DNA of 64,000 bases. Origin: the human T2T-CHM13v2.0 reference genome, Homo sapiens. Positions within the stretch are counted from its first letter, which is position 1. Every line of letters begins with the position of its first letter. The translations under genes and the position numbers were made by a program. Where the stretch lies: assembly GCF_009914755.1 (NCBI RefSeq), contig NC_060944.1, one strand, 5' to 3'. Of this stretch, positions 63,946-64,000 are shown piece by piece. A model generated the notes under the pieces. That model had not been told where the DNA came from. It searched no databases and saw only the letters and a list, made by a program, of their open reading frames with translations.

Positions 63946-64000
63946 CAGTGCTGGGCTCAGGTGTGCCTTGGGAGCTTTATAAATGGCTGCCCCTGGAGTA

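Overview
This window is the human prion protein gene cluster (PRNP-PRND-PRNT), recognised from the translated ORFs and the primate Alu content. PRNP (+) has a CpG-island promoter, non-coding exon 1 (~13615-13748), a ~12.7 kb intron holding a vestigial exon-2 homologue (16373-16471), and a single coding exon (26447-~28800; CDS 26457-27194). This PRNP allele is not the common one. It encodes 245 aa instead of 253 because one 24-bp octarepeat is missing (R1-R2-R3-R4), and codon 129 is Val. PRND/Doppel (+) has exon 1 at ~49120-49179 and CDS 51756-52286, and carries Met174. The 3' part of PRNT (-) converges on PRND. Its 94-aa ORF (59610-59894) appears to lie inside an old L2 LINE, and a processed IDI1 pseudogene (-) broken by Alus sits in its intron. 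The rest is interspersed repeats (~30 Alus, L1, L2, MIR, MaLR/ERV LTRs, DNA transposons). The locus is heavily studied and I cannot claim a proven new system. The best leads are: multi-frame coding of the PRNP exon (PrP, AltPrP and a strong-Kozak antisense ORF), mirrored by a codon-registered antisense ORF over PRND; a 12-codon uORF in the vestigial exon 2; three identical GCCACGTCAG UPR-type elements at the PRNP promoter, upstream of PRND and in the PRND 3' UTR; and splice geometry that would allow PRNP-to-PRND chimeric mRNA. Repeat boundaries and subfamilies were judged by eye and are approximate.
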